From assembly GCF_030144855.1 (NCBI RefSeq), contig NC_082712.1, positions 10,354,001 through 10,418,000 of the forward strand: a stretch of DNA of 64,000 nucleotides. The letters run 5' to 3'. Positions 25,312-39,529 of the stretch are shown piece by piece. Every line of letters starts with the position of its first letter. Position 1 is the stretch's first letter. The notes under the pieces are model-generated. The model was not told the DNA's origin. It was given only the letters and a program-made list of their open reading frames with translations, and did not search any database. The stretch is from Hypanus sabinus. Lineage: Eukaryota. Both the position numbers and the translations under genes were made by a program.

Positions 25312-25686
25312 CAGGTCTGACCCGCAGATGGGCCTCATACTGGGACAGATGGATGCTCGAGGGCGAGATAATTTCGAGGTCAGTCCTGGTCCTGAACTCA
25401 GCCAGACACAGGTAGCTGTGACTGTCCTCCACACTCAGCTGCTTTATCCTGGTCCAGGCGCTTCCCCGCTCTGGGTCCCCGATGAGCTCGTACCGCGTCA
25501 CTCCGTTTTCCACTACCCACGATCCATTTCGAATACGCCTGAAGGTGACGATGTGTCGGTAGGGATTCTTCCTCATCCACGTCACCGTGTGTGCGGTGAG
25601 GCTCTGCGGAGGCCGTGTGAACACACAGGGTAACGTGGCCGAAGCTCCTTCAGTTCCAGTCACCTCCGAATCTTTTCCATCAGAAG
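25312..25686 (-). CDS. Exon 3, Ig V-set domain 2 (Siglec-15-like)
   Basis: Acceptor cctcctctcAG, donor G|GTGAGA, 375 nt, phase 1-1: ..GASATLPCVFTRP..VTWMRKNPY..RYELIGDPERGS..EDSHSYLCLAEF..HLRVRP. Motifs LPCxFTxP, WxxxxPY, RxxLxGxP and YxCxxEF match the Siglec-15 V domain as recalled. Confidence 0.92.
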
Positions 25687-27111
25687 CTGAGAGGAGGACA
25701 GACACCCGACAGGATTGATTCATAAACAGTTCCAAGCAAAGAGTGAGGAGAAGAGAGGGAGGTTTCTTAGACAAACTTGGAAATCTGAACCAGTGCCTCG
25801 AATCACACTGAATAAGTTTTAGACACAACACTGGACATCCCAGTAGGAAGGGTAGAGAGATCAGAGGCCCGATGCCCAGAAAGAAAGATCTCGAGCCGTG
25901 TGGTGCAGGTTGTTCCCCAGGGATCAGATCCCGTACTCTTGGTGGTGGGGTCTGAGGTCTCACACTGGTGTTGAAGATCAGTGAAGATGTGGCTGGTCAG
26001 TAACTCTATCATCCACATCCCAGAAGATCCCTAGTGCAGTTGGTGCCCAACACACACACATACACACTCCTACAGTGCATGTACCCAGAAACAAACACAA
26101 ACACACACATCGCTCCTTCTTATACCATTACCACACTTCAGACTTCCACACATTTCTGGCTGATCAGCCACAGCAAGCATGTCTCACCGATGCACTTCCC
26201 GCTCACTTGTACACTGGAGGCAGTTGGAAAGTGAGCCAGTGACAGCCTCTGGATGTGACGGTGACAGTGGTAGTGGTGGAAGACACTGTCCAGTGACTGC
26301 ACAAGCAAGACCAGTCCACCCACTACCATCATTTGGATTTGGGCCTCAACCTCTCACATTGCCTGGGTGCCTTTCTTCGTTCCGATGTCCCGGGAACACC
26401 AGCCACTCAGGGTGTCACTATTTAGCAGGAGAACAAAGGCGGCTGTCACTAGAGAAGGTGTGGTCAGCCACCAGCTCAGACCCTGGCACTCCTCAACCCA
26501 AGTCAGCCAAGGGGACATCTCCTCAGAGGGTGGCTGAGGGACTTGATGTCCGAAAAGTATCTGCTGCACTCTGTTGGATTGGAGTGCAGAATTGGTATTT
26601 TTTCTAGTAATTAGCTTGTAGTTTAACCCTTCTGTGCTTGCTTCTAATTTTTATATAATCGCTGTACGTAGACTCAATTGTTCAGTAAATTTTCTAGTGA
26701 TTATAGTATAGCTGATTCTCTATTTTCTCAGCAAGACGTGAGGGCTGGGGTCAGTAAGTTGTTGGCATGCTACGTTGATGCCAAGAGAAGGGCAACACTT
26801 ACGGGATGCTCTCCAGAACATCTTTGGTCTGTGTTGGTTGCTGACGCAAATAACACATATCACTATATGTTTTGACATGACAAATAAAGTGAATCTGACC
26901 TAACCTCCCATGCAGTCACTGGGGGATGCACAAAGCTCCTTACAGACAGTGGTGGGAATTGAACCAGGATCACTGGCACTGTGAAGTGCTGTGCTAACTG
27001 CTACACTACCATTGCCCACCCCTATTTGTCTCTGAACTGTGGTGGCTGTTATGAGTACACCACACTGGCAAGTCTGTTGTGTTGCAAGCCAAAGTTCAAA
27101 CTTTATTTATC

Positions 27112-30100
27112 CATATAACCATATAACAATTACAGCACAGAAACAGGCCATCTCGGCCCTTCTAGTCCGTGCCGACGCTTACACTCACCTAGTCCCACTG
27201 GCCCACACTCAGCCCATAACCTTCCATTCCTTTCCTGTCAATATACCTATCCAATTTTGCTTTAAATGACAATACCAAACCTGCCTCTGTCACTTCTACT
27301 GGAAGCTCATTCCACACAGCTACCACTCTCTGAGTAAAGAAATTCCCCCTCATGTCACCCTTAAACTTTTGCCCCCTAACTCTCAAATCATGTCCTCTTG
27401 ATTGAATCTCCCCTACTCTCAATGGAAAAAGCCTATCCACATCAACTCGATCCATCCCCTCATTATTTTAAATACCTCTATCAAGTCCCCCCTCAACCTT
27501 CTATGTTCCAAAGAATAAAGACCTAACTTGTTCAGCCTTTCCCTGTAACTTAGGTGCTGCAACCCAGGTAACATTCTAGTAAATCTTCTCTGTACTCTCT
27601 CTATTTTGTTGATATATTTCCTATAATTCGGTGACCAGAACTGTATACAATACTCCAAATTTGGCCTTACCAATGCTTTGGACAATTTTAACATTACATC
27701 CCAACTCCTATACTCAATGCTCTGATTTATAAAGGACAACATACCAAAAGCTTTCTTCACCACCCTATCCACATGACATTCCACCTTCAGGGAACTATGC
27801 ACCATTATTCCTAGATCACTCTGTTCTATTACATTCTTCAATGCCCTACCAATTACAATGTAAGTCCTATTTGGATTATTCCTACCAAAATGTAGCACCT
27901 CACACTTATCAGCATTAAACTCCATCTGCCATCATTCAGCCCACTCTTCTAAATGACCTAAATCTCTCTGCAAGCTGTGAAAACCTACTTCATTATCCAC
28001 AATGCCACCTACCTTAGTATCATCTGCACACTTACTAATCCAATTTACCACCCCATCATCCAGATCATTAATGTATATGACAAACAACATTGGACCCAAT
28101 ACAGATCCCTGAGACACACCACTAGTCACCAGCCTCCAAGCTGACAAACAGTTATCCACCACTACTCTCTGGCATCACCCATCCAGCCACTGTTGAATCC
28201 AGTTTACTACTTCAATATTAATACCTAACGATTGAACCTTCCTAACTAACCTTCCATGCGGAACCTTGTCAAAGGCCTTACTGAAGTCCATATAGAAAAC
28301 ATCCACTGCTTTACCCTCGTCAACTTTCCTAGAAACCTCTTCAAAAAATTCAATAAGATTTGTCAAACATGACCTTCCACGCACAAATCCATGTTGACTA
28401 TTCCTAATTAGACCCTGTCTATCCAGATAATTATATATACCATCTCTAAGAATACTTTTCATTAATTTACCCACCACTGACATCAAACTGACAGGCCTAT
28501 AATTGCTAGGTTTACTCTTAGAACCCTTTTTAAACAATGGAACCACATGAGAAATATGCCAATCCTCCGGCACCATCCCCGTTTCTGATGACATTTGAAA
28601 TATTTCTGTCAGAGCCCCTGCTATTTCTACACCAACTTCCCTCAAGGTCCTAGGGAATATTCTGTTAGGATCCAGAGATTTATCCACTTTTATATTCCTT
28701 AATAGCGCCAGTACTTCCTCCTCTTTAATCGTCATAGTTTCCATAACTTCCCTACTTGTTTCACTTAACTTACACAATTCAATATCCTTCTCCTTAGTGA
28801 ATACTGAAGAAAAGAAATTATTCAAAATCTCCCCCATCTCTTTTGGCTCCACACATAGCTGTCCACTCTGATTCTCTAAGGGACCAATTTTATCCCTCAC
28901 TATCCTTTTGCTATTAATATAACTGTAGAAACCCTTCGGATTTATTTTCACCTTATTTGCCAAAGCAACCTCATATCTTCTTTTAGCTTTTCTAATTTCT
29001 TTCTTTACATTCTTCATATTCCTCGAGCACCTCATTTACTCCATGCTGCCTATTTTTATTGTAGATCTCCCTCTTTTTCCGAACCAAGTTTTCAATATCC
29101 CTTGAAAACCATGGCTCTCTCAAACTTTTAACCTTTCCTTTCAACCTAACAGGAACTTAAAGATTCTGTACCCTCAAAATCCACTCCTTCTAAGTCCTTT
29201 CACATCTCCTCAAAGTTAGCCTTTCTCCAATCAAAAATTTCAACCCTGGGTCCAGTCCTAACCTTCTCCATAATTATATTGAAACTAATGGTATTGTGAT
29301 CACTAGACCTGAAGTACTCCCCAACACATACGTCCGTCACCTGACCTATCTCATTCCTTAACAGGAGATCCAACACTGCCCCTCCTCTAGTTGGTACCTC
29401 TATGTATTGTTGCAAAAAAACTATCCTGCACACATTTTACAAACTCCAAGCCATCCAGCCCTTTTACAGAATGGGCTTCCCAGTCTATATGTGGAAAATT
29501 AAAATCTCCCACAATCACAACCTTGTACTTACTACAAATATCTGCTATCTCCCTGCAAATTTGCTCCTCCAATTCTCACTCCCCATTAGGTGGTCTATAA
29601 TACACCCCTATAAGTGTTACTACACCTTTCCCATTCCTCAATTCCATCCAAATAGTCTCCCTAGATGAGCCCTCTAATCTATCCTGCCAAAGCACTGCTG
29701 TAATATTTTCTCTGACAAGCAATGCAACACCTCCCCCTCTTGCCCTTCCAATTCTATCACACCTGAAGCAACGAAATCCAGGAATATTTAATTGCCAATC
29801 ACACCCCTCCTGCAACCATGTTTCACTAATAGCTACAACATCATATTTCCAGGTATCAATCCATGCTCTAAGCTCATCCACCTTTCTTACAATGCACCTA
29901 GCATTAAAATAGATGCATTTAAGAAACTTTACACCTCTTCCTCTCTGTTTATCCCTAATGATGTGATCCACTTTATTATCTTTTTCTTCCTTCTCCCCTA
30001 CATCTTCGGTCTGAGCGCTCCCCTTCTTTATCACCTGTCTATCCTCCCTCACACACGGTCTACTAGCTTTCTCTATTTGTGAACTAAACTCCTCTCCCCT

Positions 30101-31224
30101 AGTCTCTTCAAATTGATTCCCACCCCCTAACAATTCTAGTTTAAAGTCTCCCTTGTAGCCTTAGCAAATGTCCCCGCCAGCATATTGGTCCCCCTCAGAT
30201 TCAAGTGTAACCCATCCTTTTTGTAGAGGTCACACCTGCCCCAGAAGATGTCCCAATGATCCAGAAACTTGAACCCCTGCCCGCCCTGCTCCAATCCTTC
30301 AGCCACGCATTCATCCTGTACCTCATTCCATTCCTACTCTCACAGTCGCGTGGCACAGGCAGTAATCCCGAGATTACTACCTTTGTGGTCCTTCTCCTCA
30401 ACTGCCTATACTCTCCTTTCAGGACCTCTTCCCTTTTTCTTCCTATGTCATTGGTACCTATATGTACCACGACCTCTGGCTCCACACCCTCCCACTTCAG
30501 GATATCTTGCACGCGATATGAAACATCCTGCACCCTGGCACCAGGGAGACAAACTACCATCTGGGTCTCCTGATCACGTCCACAGAATCACCTATCTGAC
30601 CCCCTAACTATCAAGTCCCCTATTACTACTGCCTTCTTCTTCCTTTCCCCTACCCTTCTGAGCTACAGGGCCGGACTCTGTGCTAGAGGCATGGCCACTG
30701 TTGCTTCCCCCAGGTAGGCTGTCCTCCCCTTATTATCAAGCAGTACAGCCACTGGGGTGCTCTCTAGTACCTGACTCTTCCCCTTCCCCTACCTGTCTGC
30801 CTCTTGTGGCCCTGGTGTGACCACCTGCCTATAATTCAACTCCTCACCCTCCCTGACCAGATGAAGGTCATCGAGCTGCAGCTCCAGTTCCCTAACACAG
30901 TCCCTTAGGAGCAGCAGCTCGGCACACCTGGTGCAGATGTGGATGTCCGGGAGGCTAGGAGACTTCAGAACCTCCCACATCCAACACTGGGAACAACAAG
31001 TTGCCCGCACGCTCATACTTCCCCCTTTCCTCAAATAACAGGAAAAACTGAAACCTAAACCTACGTTGCCTCACCTGTTTCTGCCTAAGCCCATTGAGCC
31101 AAAGCCCTTAAGCCTTCACTCTGCTCCCGGCTCACTCCGCTCCCCGCTGTATAAGGCTGTGTTCCTTTTAAATCTTCCGCGCTTCACTGCCCGCCGTCAC
31201 ACGACTGCGAGTCCTGCCTCTCTT
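27112..31224 (-). mobile_element. CR1 LINE, full length, decayed, in intron 2
   Basis: 5' UTR; ORF1 zinc finger (30789-31034) and esterase (30201-30560); APE endonuclease (CIYFNAR..VAISETWL..GGGVAL; SSDHN); RT 28175-29035 and 27932-28162; (TTATATGG)n tail. Confidence 0.95.
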
Positions 31225-31834
31225 AACTCCAATGAGAATAAGAAACATTCAAGATGGCTCCCACTGCACTCCTGTTCGGATCCTCCAACTTCTTTCTCCA
31301 TACTTCTATCAAACTATGTATACTTCATACAACTTTCAGATTCATCTCCTTGCAGGCAGCCACAAAACAAAGAAATCCCAATAGAACCCACCAAAACAAA
31401 AGAAAACCATCAGACCCAGTGTACAGTGAGAAGAAAAACAATAGAAGTAAGTAAATGGAAATCAGAACTGAAGCTCATGATTCAGAAGCCTGTTAGGTGC
31501 AGGCCTCAGCCTCAGTTCAGGGCAAAGACCAGTAAACCTTGAGTAGCAGCAATCTGAACCAGACCATCCCTCACCTCTGGTCCTGATACCATGAGTTTTC
31601 AATCTGGCCATGTGCTTAAATCATCCAAACCTCAGGTCATTCCTCAATCTCAGACCCAGGCCCTGCCACACAAGGTAAGTGAGACAGACCTCCTTCCCGG
31701 ACTATAGGAATGAAGTAGATTTGGTTTGACTAACACTGCAGTTCCACAGTTCATCTTAACTAGGATTAATTTTAGTTTTCATTACAATTTTATTTCAATG
31801 TTTCATTTAAAACCCTGGAATGATATGAACTCAC

Positions 31835-33307
31835 ATTCCCTTGATTGATGACAGGATCTTTATGTCCTCGTTATCCACGGGAATGATACCAGAGGATTGG
31901 AGGGAGGCAAATGTTGTCCCCTTGTTCAAAAAAGGTAGTAGGGATAGTCCAGGTAATTACAGACCAGTGAGCCTTATGTCTGTGGTGGGAAAGCTGTTGG
32001 AGTTCTTAGAGATAGGATCTATGGGCATTTAGAGAATCATGGTCTGATCAGGGACAGTCAGCATGGCTTTGTGAAGGGCAGAGTGTGCCTAACAAGCCTG
32101 ATAGAGTTCTTTGAGGAGGTGACCAGGCATATAGATGAGGGTAGTGCAGTGGATGTGATTTACATGGATTTTAGTAAGGCATTTGACAAGGTTCCACACG
32201 GTAGGCTTATTCAGAAAGTCGGAAGGCATGGGATCCAGGGAAGTTTGGCCAGGTAGATTCAGAATTGGCTTGCCTGCAGAAGGCAGAGGGTTGTGGTGGA
32301 GGGAGTACATTCAGATTGGAGGGTTCTGACTAGTGGTGTCCCACAAGGATCTGTTCTGGAACCTCTACTATTTGTGATTTTTATTAACTACCTGGATGTG
32401 GGGGTAAAAGGGTGGGTTGGCAAGGTTGCAGATGACACAAAGGTTGGTGGTGTTGTAGATAGTGTAGAGGATTGTCGAAGATTGCAGAGAGACATTGATA
32501 TGATGCAGAAGTGGGCTGAGAAGTGGCAGATGGAGTTCAACCTGGAGAAGTGTGGGGTGGTACACTTTGGAAGAACAAACTCCAAGGCAGATTACAAAGT
32601 AAACGGCAGGATATTTGGTAGTGTGGAGGAGCAGCGGGATCTGGGGGTGCATGTCAACAGATCCCTGAAAGTTGCCTCACAGGTAGATAGGGTAGTTAAG
32701 AAAGCTTATAAGCTTATAAGCGGAAGCTTTCATAAGTCGAGGGACAGAGTTTAAGAGACGCGATGTAATGATGCAGCTCTATAAAACTCTAGTTAGGCCA
32801 CACTTGGAGTATTGTGTCCAGTTCTGGTCGCCTCACTATAGGAAGAATGTGGAAGCATTGGAAAGGGTACAGAGGAGAGTTACCAGGATGCTGCCTGGTT
32901 TAGAGAGTATGGATTATGATCAGAGATTAAGGGAGCTAGGGCTTTACTCTTTGGAGAGGAGGAGGATGAGAGGAGACATGATAGAGGTGTACAAGATATT
33001 AAGAGAAATAGGCAGAGTGGACAGCCAGCGCCTCTTCCCCAGGGCACCACTGCTCAGTACAAGAGGACATGGCTTTAAGGTAAAGGGAGGGAAGTTCAAG
33101 GGGGATATTAGAGGAAGGTTTTTCATTCAGAGAGTGTTTGGTGCGTGGAATGCACTGCCTGAGTCAGTGGTGGAGGCAGATACAATAGTGAAGTTTAAGA
33201 AACTACTAGACAGGTATATGGAGGAATTTATATTGGAGGCAGGGATTAAGGGTCGGCACAACATTGTGGGCCAAAGGGCCTGTAATGAGCTGTACTATGT
33301 TCTATGA
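31835..33307 (+). mobile_element. CR1 RT/3' fragment
   Basis: ORFs 31841-32032, 32071-32256, 32293-32754 (GVPQGSVL, ADDTK) and 32768-33307. Confidence 0.92.
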
Positions 33308-34084
33308 TAACACAATCTCATGGTTTCAACCAATGCCCTTTCTTTTACTGGCCTGGTCAACACCAACACTTCCCTTGTGAAAGCTGCTGATCTGATGCTG
33401 TTTAATTAATAAATGTATTTATTTATTTATTTAGAGATACTGCAGCATGAAACAGGCCCTTCTGGCACTTTGAGCTGCAGCCCACTTATTTAACCCCAGC
33501 CTAATCACAGGACAATTTACAATGACCAATCATCCCTCTAACTGGTACGTCTTTGGAATGTGGGAGGAAACTAGTGCAACCAGAGGAAGCCCATACACTC
33601 AGGGGGAGAACGTACAAGCTCCCTACAGACAGTACTGGAATAAATTCCGAGCTCCGACATCCCGAGCTGTAATGGCTTTACACTAACTGCCACACTCTGT
33701 GCTTGGGATGCTGCGCAAGTGAGTGTGTGTAACTTCAACTTTTATCAAGCAATGGCTTACTTAACTGTGGGAGTATCTCAGGCAGCCCCTGTTTGCAGGA
33801 ACACGCCTCCCAGCAGGTTTCGCTACAGAGGGGTTAGTTCTGTAGGCCAGACATACGGGTTTGTGTCTGACCTTCTTCTGCTGTCTGTGTGGAGTCTGCA
33901 TGCACGCCTTGTGGTGGCGCGTGCTTCCGTTTCGTTCCAGGTTCCAGAGACGTACGGGTGGGCAGGTTAGCAGGTGGTGGGCATGCCACGTGGGTGCTGA
34001 AAGCATGTGAGCTGCCTCCACAGAATCCTTGGTTACGGATGCAAATGTGAAATCTCACTGCCTGCTTCCATGTGCGCGGAAGAA

Positions 34085-34445
34085 ACGAGGCTAAATTTGG
34101 ACACCGCGGTAGGGTAGTGGTCAGTGTGATACTCTAACTGCTCGAGGCGTCTGTTCCAGCGCCCTCTGTCAGAAAGTTTGCATGTTCTTTCTGAGAGCGG
34201 CTGGGTTTCCACTGAGAGCCCCCGTTTCCTCCCTCAATCCAATGACAGTCGGCTCAGTAGGCGAGTTGGTCATTGTAATTACAGACCGCTACAGAGGGAG
34301 TTAGTCCTGTCGGCCAAACATACATGCTAGTTGGTCATCCTGTGATTAGGCGAGGGTTAAATCAGTGGGGTTTTGGGCAGTGCAGCTCGTTGGGCCTGAA
34401 CAGCCTGTTCTACGCTGTCTCTCTAAATAAATAAGAATAAAAAAT
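34085..34445 (+). mobile_element. V-SINE-like SINE immediately downstream of exon 2
   Basis: tRNA-like head GCGGTAGGGTAGTGG, degenerate core, CR1-like tail GGGCCTGAACAGCCTGTTC..AAATAAATAA. Confidence 0.6.
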
Positions 34446-34480
34446 AAGCTTTAATTTTAAATCTGAACATTGCTCCTTAC

Positions 34481-34846
34481 CTCTGACCTTCAGGTGTGTA
34501 TGGTCCGCTGATACAAGTATCCCACTGCTGTCCAGAATGTGACACTGATAATGACTGCTGTCCGCCTGCTTCAGACGCTGCACCATTATCGAGGCGTCCC
34601 CCTGGCTGAGGTTCCCCGCGAATATGATCCGGCTGCCTTCTCCTTCCTGAATCATGTTGTTGCATTGGGAGCGGGGGGGACTGGGATATGTACAATTGGC
34701 CACGGGTTTGTAACCCCGCAGGTCGCCTTTGAGCCATGACACAGAGAAGGGGAGGGTGAAGTCTCTGAGAGTACATGGCAACACCGCAGAGCCTCCTTCC
34801 ACCGCAGACACTTCACCAGCGTAGGGAATGGTCCAAACGTCAGTGG
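34481..34846 (-). CDS. Exon 2, Ig V-set domain 1 (Siglec-15-like)
   Basis: Acceptor cttctctcAG, donor G|GTAAGG, 366 nt, phase 1-1, open frame: ..VSAVEGGSAVLPC..SVSWLKG..VANC..SQC..GNLSQGDASIMVQRLKQADSSHYQCHI..HLKVR. B-strand Cys, C-strand Trp and DxxxYxC present, plus an extra Cys pair positioned as in Siglec-15. Confidence 0.92.
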
Positions 34847-37020
34847 CTGAGAGAAGGGAGAATGACAGGTTTTAATTGTTGTGCCTAAATTTAGAGAAGC
34901 ATCGTGAATCAAGCCCTTCCATCCCGACAAGTCGTGTTGCCCAGCAACCCACCAATTTAACGCTGGTTTAAACACAGGTCAATTTACAATGACCGATTCA
35001 TCTACTAACCGTAGACTGTGGGAGGAAATCGGAGCACCCGGAGGAAACCCATGCTCACACAGGAAGAACGTACAAACTTCTCACAGCTGCCACTGGGACT
35101 GAACTCTGAACTCTGACACCCTGAGCCGTGATAATATCGTCCTGACTGCTACGTTACCGTGGCGTCGCAATTCGTTGCAGCCGAGTGATAGGCGGAGGCA
35201 GCTCAGTCGTGTGGTGAACAGAGAAGCTGCATCACAGCTCCAGTAACACAGGCTCAATCCCGGATTCCGGCACCGTCTGCACGCCCTCCCACCTCCGGTC
35301 TCCAGTTTCCTCGCAACGACCCTGGGATGTGGCAGGGTGGGGTGGGGCGGAAGGGGGCAATGGCAAATCACTTCTCTAGAAAAATTTGCCAAGAACAATC
35401 ATTGTCAAAGACCGTGATCACCCACATCACAGGACGTGCCTTCGCGATGATGATAACTGAGTGTACATTGATTAAAAACCCATCATCAGGCCTTCTATCC
35501 ACGTTGGGGTTTATCAATTTTGCAGGAGGGGTCAGGCTTCAAGCATTTTGCACGTCAGGTGCTACAAATAAGGAATTACAGACAAGGGCAAGACCTTTGA
35601 ATACAAGCTCTTGTCAGGTGAGAAACACCTGACTTGTGCACAGCCTATACAGACAAGCAAGCTTTGCCCTGGGAAAAACACGGTGAATGTACACACAATC
35701 TATACCCGTAATGATTTTATACACCTCTGCAAGCTGTATCAGAAACCGCAGAAACACATCAACACATCGGGGAACCAGCGGCCCCTGCCCCCCTCCCAGC
35801 CCACCTCCATGGACAACATCCTGTACCATACAATGGTCACTTGGCCTCACAATCTATCTCGTTATGATCGTACATTTATCATTTACCTGCACTGCACTTT
35901 CTCTGTAGGTCTTACCCTTTATTCAGCATTCTGTTCTTGTTTAACTATGTCCTACCTCAATGATCTGCAGGAACTGTATGCGAGACAAGATTTTCATCAC
36001 AGCTTGGTACATGTGACAGTAATCAACCAAAGTTAGAGTTAGTAAATTGTGGGCATGTTGCTTTGGCAGCAGGAGCATAGTCACGCTTGCGGGCTGCCTC
36101 CAGAACATGCTCGCACAGTGCCGGTCGTTGCCACAAGCCATGCATTTCACTGTATGTTTCAACGTACGTGGGACAAATAAGGCTAATCTTTCATCTTTTA
36201 AGATTAAATCTTTAAGGGAGGCATGGTAGTATAGCAGTTACAATGATCAATAAAGAAAATCCCCCACCCAGTCACCCATTGAACATTAATGGAAGTGGAA
36301 AACAGATTTGAGACCGGGTTCAGATTTGTGTGAGCATTGTGAATTGTTCCAGGACCCCCTGCCTACAGGGAAGATGTCAAGAAGACTGAAAGATTGCAGA
36401 GACAATTTATAAAGGTGATGCTGGGACTTGAGGACCTGAGTTAGTCTTGGTGTATTGCGAGCAGTTTTGGGTCCCTTATCTAAGAAAAGATGTGCTGACA
36501 TTGGAGAGGATTCAAAGGAGGTTCGTGAAAATGATTTTGAATTGAAAAGTTTTCGTTTAAGGAGCGTTTGATGGCTCAGGGGCTGTATTCACTGGAATTC
36601 AGAAAAATGAGGGAGGAATCTCATTGAAACCTAGTGAATGTTGAAAGGCCTCGATAAAATTGAATTGAATTAAATTGACCTTATTTCTTACATCCTTCCC
36701 ATACATGAGGAGTAAAAATCTTTACGTTACATCTCTGTTGAAATGCATTCATAGTAATTTATAATAATATATAATAAATGGAACAGTGAATGTAACATAG
36801 AAAAATACACTCAAATCAGTGTGAGTCAATCAGTTGGATGGTCTGTGCCAGGGGCTGTTGGTCCTGGCTTTTATCCTGCAGTACCACTTCCCAGATGGCA
36901 GCACCTAGAATAGTTCGTGGTTGGGGTGACTCGGGTCAATTTATTGCCACAGACGGATGTGTAGACCAAGTCATTGTGTATATTTAAGGCAGAGATTGAT
37001 AAGTCAGGGCATGAAGGGAT

Positions 37021-37480
37021 ATAGAAACATAGAAAACCTACAGCACAATACAGGCCCTTCAGCCCACAATGCTGTGCTGAACATGTACTTACTTTATAAA
37101 TTACCTAGGGTTACCCATAGCCCTCTATTTTTCTAAGCTCCATGTGCCTGTCCAGGAGTCTCTCAAAAGACCCTGTCGTATCCACCTCCACCTCTGTCAG
37201 CAGCAGCCCATTCCTCGCACTCACCAACCTCTGTGTAAAAAAACTTACCCCTGTCATCTCCTTTGTACCTACTTCCAAGCACCTTAAAACTGTTCCCTCT
37301 CATGTTAGCCATTTCAGCCCTGGGAAAAAGCCTCTGACTATCCACACAATCAATGCCCCTCATCATCTTGTACACCTCTATCAGGTCAACTCTCACCTCC
37401 TTCACTCCAAGGAGAAAAGGCCAAGTTCACTCAACCTATTCTCATAAGGCATGCTCCCCAATCCAGGCAAATCCTTGTAA
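37021..37480 (-). mobile_element. CR1 3' fragment
   Basis: ORF 37163-37405; same tail family as 10384-11460. Confidence 0.85.
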
Positions 37481-37489
37481 ATCTGTGTT

Positions 37490-38090
37490 TATATGGGGAG
37501 AAGGGTAGTCATAGCCAAAGGGTGGTAGTAAGGATGAGCTCCCACTGCTAAACAAAAGCTCTTCACAGCCTCTGAGAACCAAGTCGAACCCCTGGCCTTC
37601 ACGTGTGGCATGGTTCTTATGCCCGGCAGAGCTGTTCTCACTGACGGAAGGGGCAAGGGTGGGCCACTGGCGCCTTAAAACCAGTTGCTCTGGACAGATG
37701 GGGCTCGCTAACCACGGATGATAGCTCATCTAGGGGAGGGAAAACTCCGATTTCAAACCTCTGCTGCCTTTCGGCTCTACCCACTCACGGAAAAGGCTTT
37801 AGGATAAACCCCGAGGAAAAATCTGGAGTGGGAGTCCCGAAGGCGGCTGACTGCTGTACCCAGCACCGGCACGGCAACTCCTGCAATGCTGCTGGCACCA
37901 AACTGTACCGACCTCCGTCGTTCCTTTGGACCCGTCATCAGCATGGAGAGGGGGGTCCCACTGCATGGACAACAGACGGATCTCCATATCAATCAACTCT
38001 GCCCTGGCTTGCACCTTAGAGAAGCCACTCCCAGTGACTACCAGAGGCACAGTACCCACGGTCGACCACGACCGACGGAGGCCACACAAT
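37490..38090 (+). mobile_element. RTE-clade 5' UTR-derived non-coding fragment
   Basis: Resembles recalled fish/elasmobranch RTE leader sequence (CTGGCCTTCACGTGTGGC..GGCGCCTTAAAACCAG..AAAACTCCGATTTCAAACCTC); no coding remnant. Assignment is from memory, not a search. Confidence 0.5.
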
Positions 38091-39529
38091 GGGGAGAATG
38101 CAGGAAAATGGAGCTGAGGGGAAAAATGGATCAGCCATGTTGAAATGGTAGAACTTGATGGGCCAAATAACCTAATTCTGCTCCTATATCTAAACAGATG
38201 AAAGGTAAAATATAGAAGGTGGAATGTCTTCACTCAGAGGGTGATGAGAGTGCGGAATGAGCTGTCAGAAGAAGTGATGAATTTGGCTTGATTGCAGTAT
38301 TTAAGAAAAATTTGTATAAATACATGGATGAGAGGGGTACAGGGCATTAGGGTGCAGATGGAACAAGGCAAAATAACAGTTCAGCACATACTAGATGGCC
38401 CAAAGGGCCTGTTTGTGTGCTGTTATACTTTATGATTTTCTGAGTGTAGTGACAAAGAGCCAATTGACATTAAAAGCCACACTATAGCTCAGAGCCTTTG
38501 TGGTGTGTGACCACTGACTGCAGAACATTCGTGTCAGTTCCCGTTGTAGACTGAACTTTGATATTTCATCACTTCTGCGGCCAATGTTGACATTGCTTTC
38601 ACAAGAATGTAGGAAATGGGAGGTCAAGGTGATTCATCTCCAAAAGCCCTGTCTGCCATTCTTCGAGACCTTGACCGATCCTTTATCTCAATACCATGTC
38701 CCTTGTCTCTCAATGCTCTTAACATCTAGAAACTTATCACTTTCTTTTTAAATGAACCAAAACCATCTGACCATACAACATAGGAGCAGAATTAGGCCAT
38801 TCAGTCATCAAGTCTGCTCCACCATCCAATAATGGCTGATTTATTATCACTCTCCAGCCTCCTTCCCGTAACCTTTGACCCCCTGACTAATATAACCATA
38901 TAACAATTACAGCACGGAAACAGGCCATCTCGGCCCTTCTAGTCTGTGTCAAATCAAGGACCTCTGCTTTATCTATGCCACATGACTGTCTGTGACAATG
39001 GATTCCACAGACTGACCAACCTCTGGCTCAAGACACATGTCCTTATCTTTGTTCTAAAGAGAAGCCCGTCCATTCTGAGGCTGTGCCCTCTAGTGCTAGA
39101 CACCCCCACTATAGTAAACATCCTCTCCGCATCCACTCTATCTAGGCCCTTCAATATTTGATAGCTTTTAATGAGATCCCCCCCCCCCCATCCTTTTCAA
39201 CTCCAGTAAGTCCAGACTCAGAGTCACCAAACGCTCCTCATACGTTAATTCCTGGATCAGTCTCTTGAGCTCCTCTGGACCCTCTCCAATGGCAGCACAC
39301 CCTTTCTTAGATGGGGCCTAAAACTGCTCACAAGGCTTCAGGTGTGCTCTGGCCATTGCTTTGTAAAGCTTCAGCATTACAGTCTTGCTTTTATATTCCA
39401 GCCCTCTCCATGTGAATGCTGATTGCTTTCCTCACCACTGACTCAACCTGCACTAGCACTCTCAAGTCCCTTTGCCCCTCTGATTTCTGAATTTGCTCCC
39501 CATTTAGAAAATAATCTACATCATGAGAA

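Noticed and set aside
25687-25963. N-terminal extension of ORF 25223-25963 (and of ORF 43819-44121) as real protein
   Set aside because: These are read-through of intron or UTR sequence beyond the splice sites and ATG identified.
25312-34846. V exons as rearranging Ig/TCR/IgNAR gene segments
   Set aside because: Each exon encodes a complete domain including the G strand and ends in a GT donor. No heptamer-spacer-nonamer RSS follows; CACAGGG after exon 3 has no nonamer.
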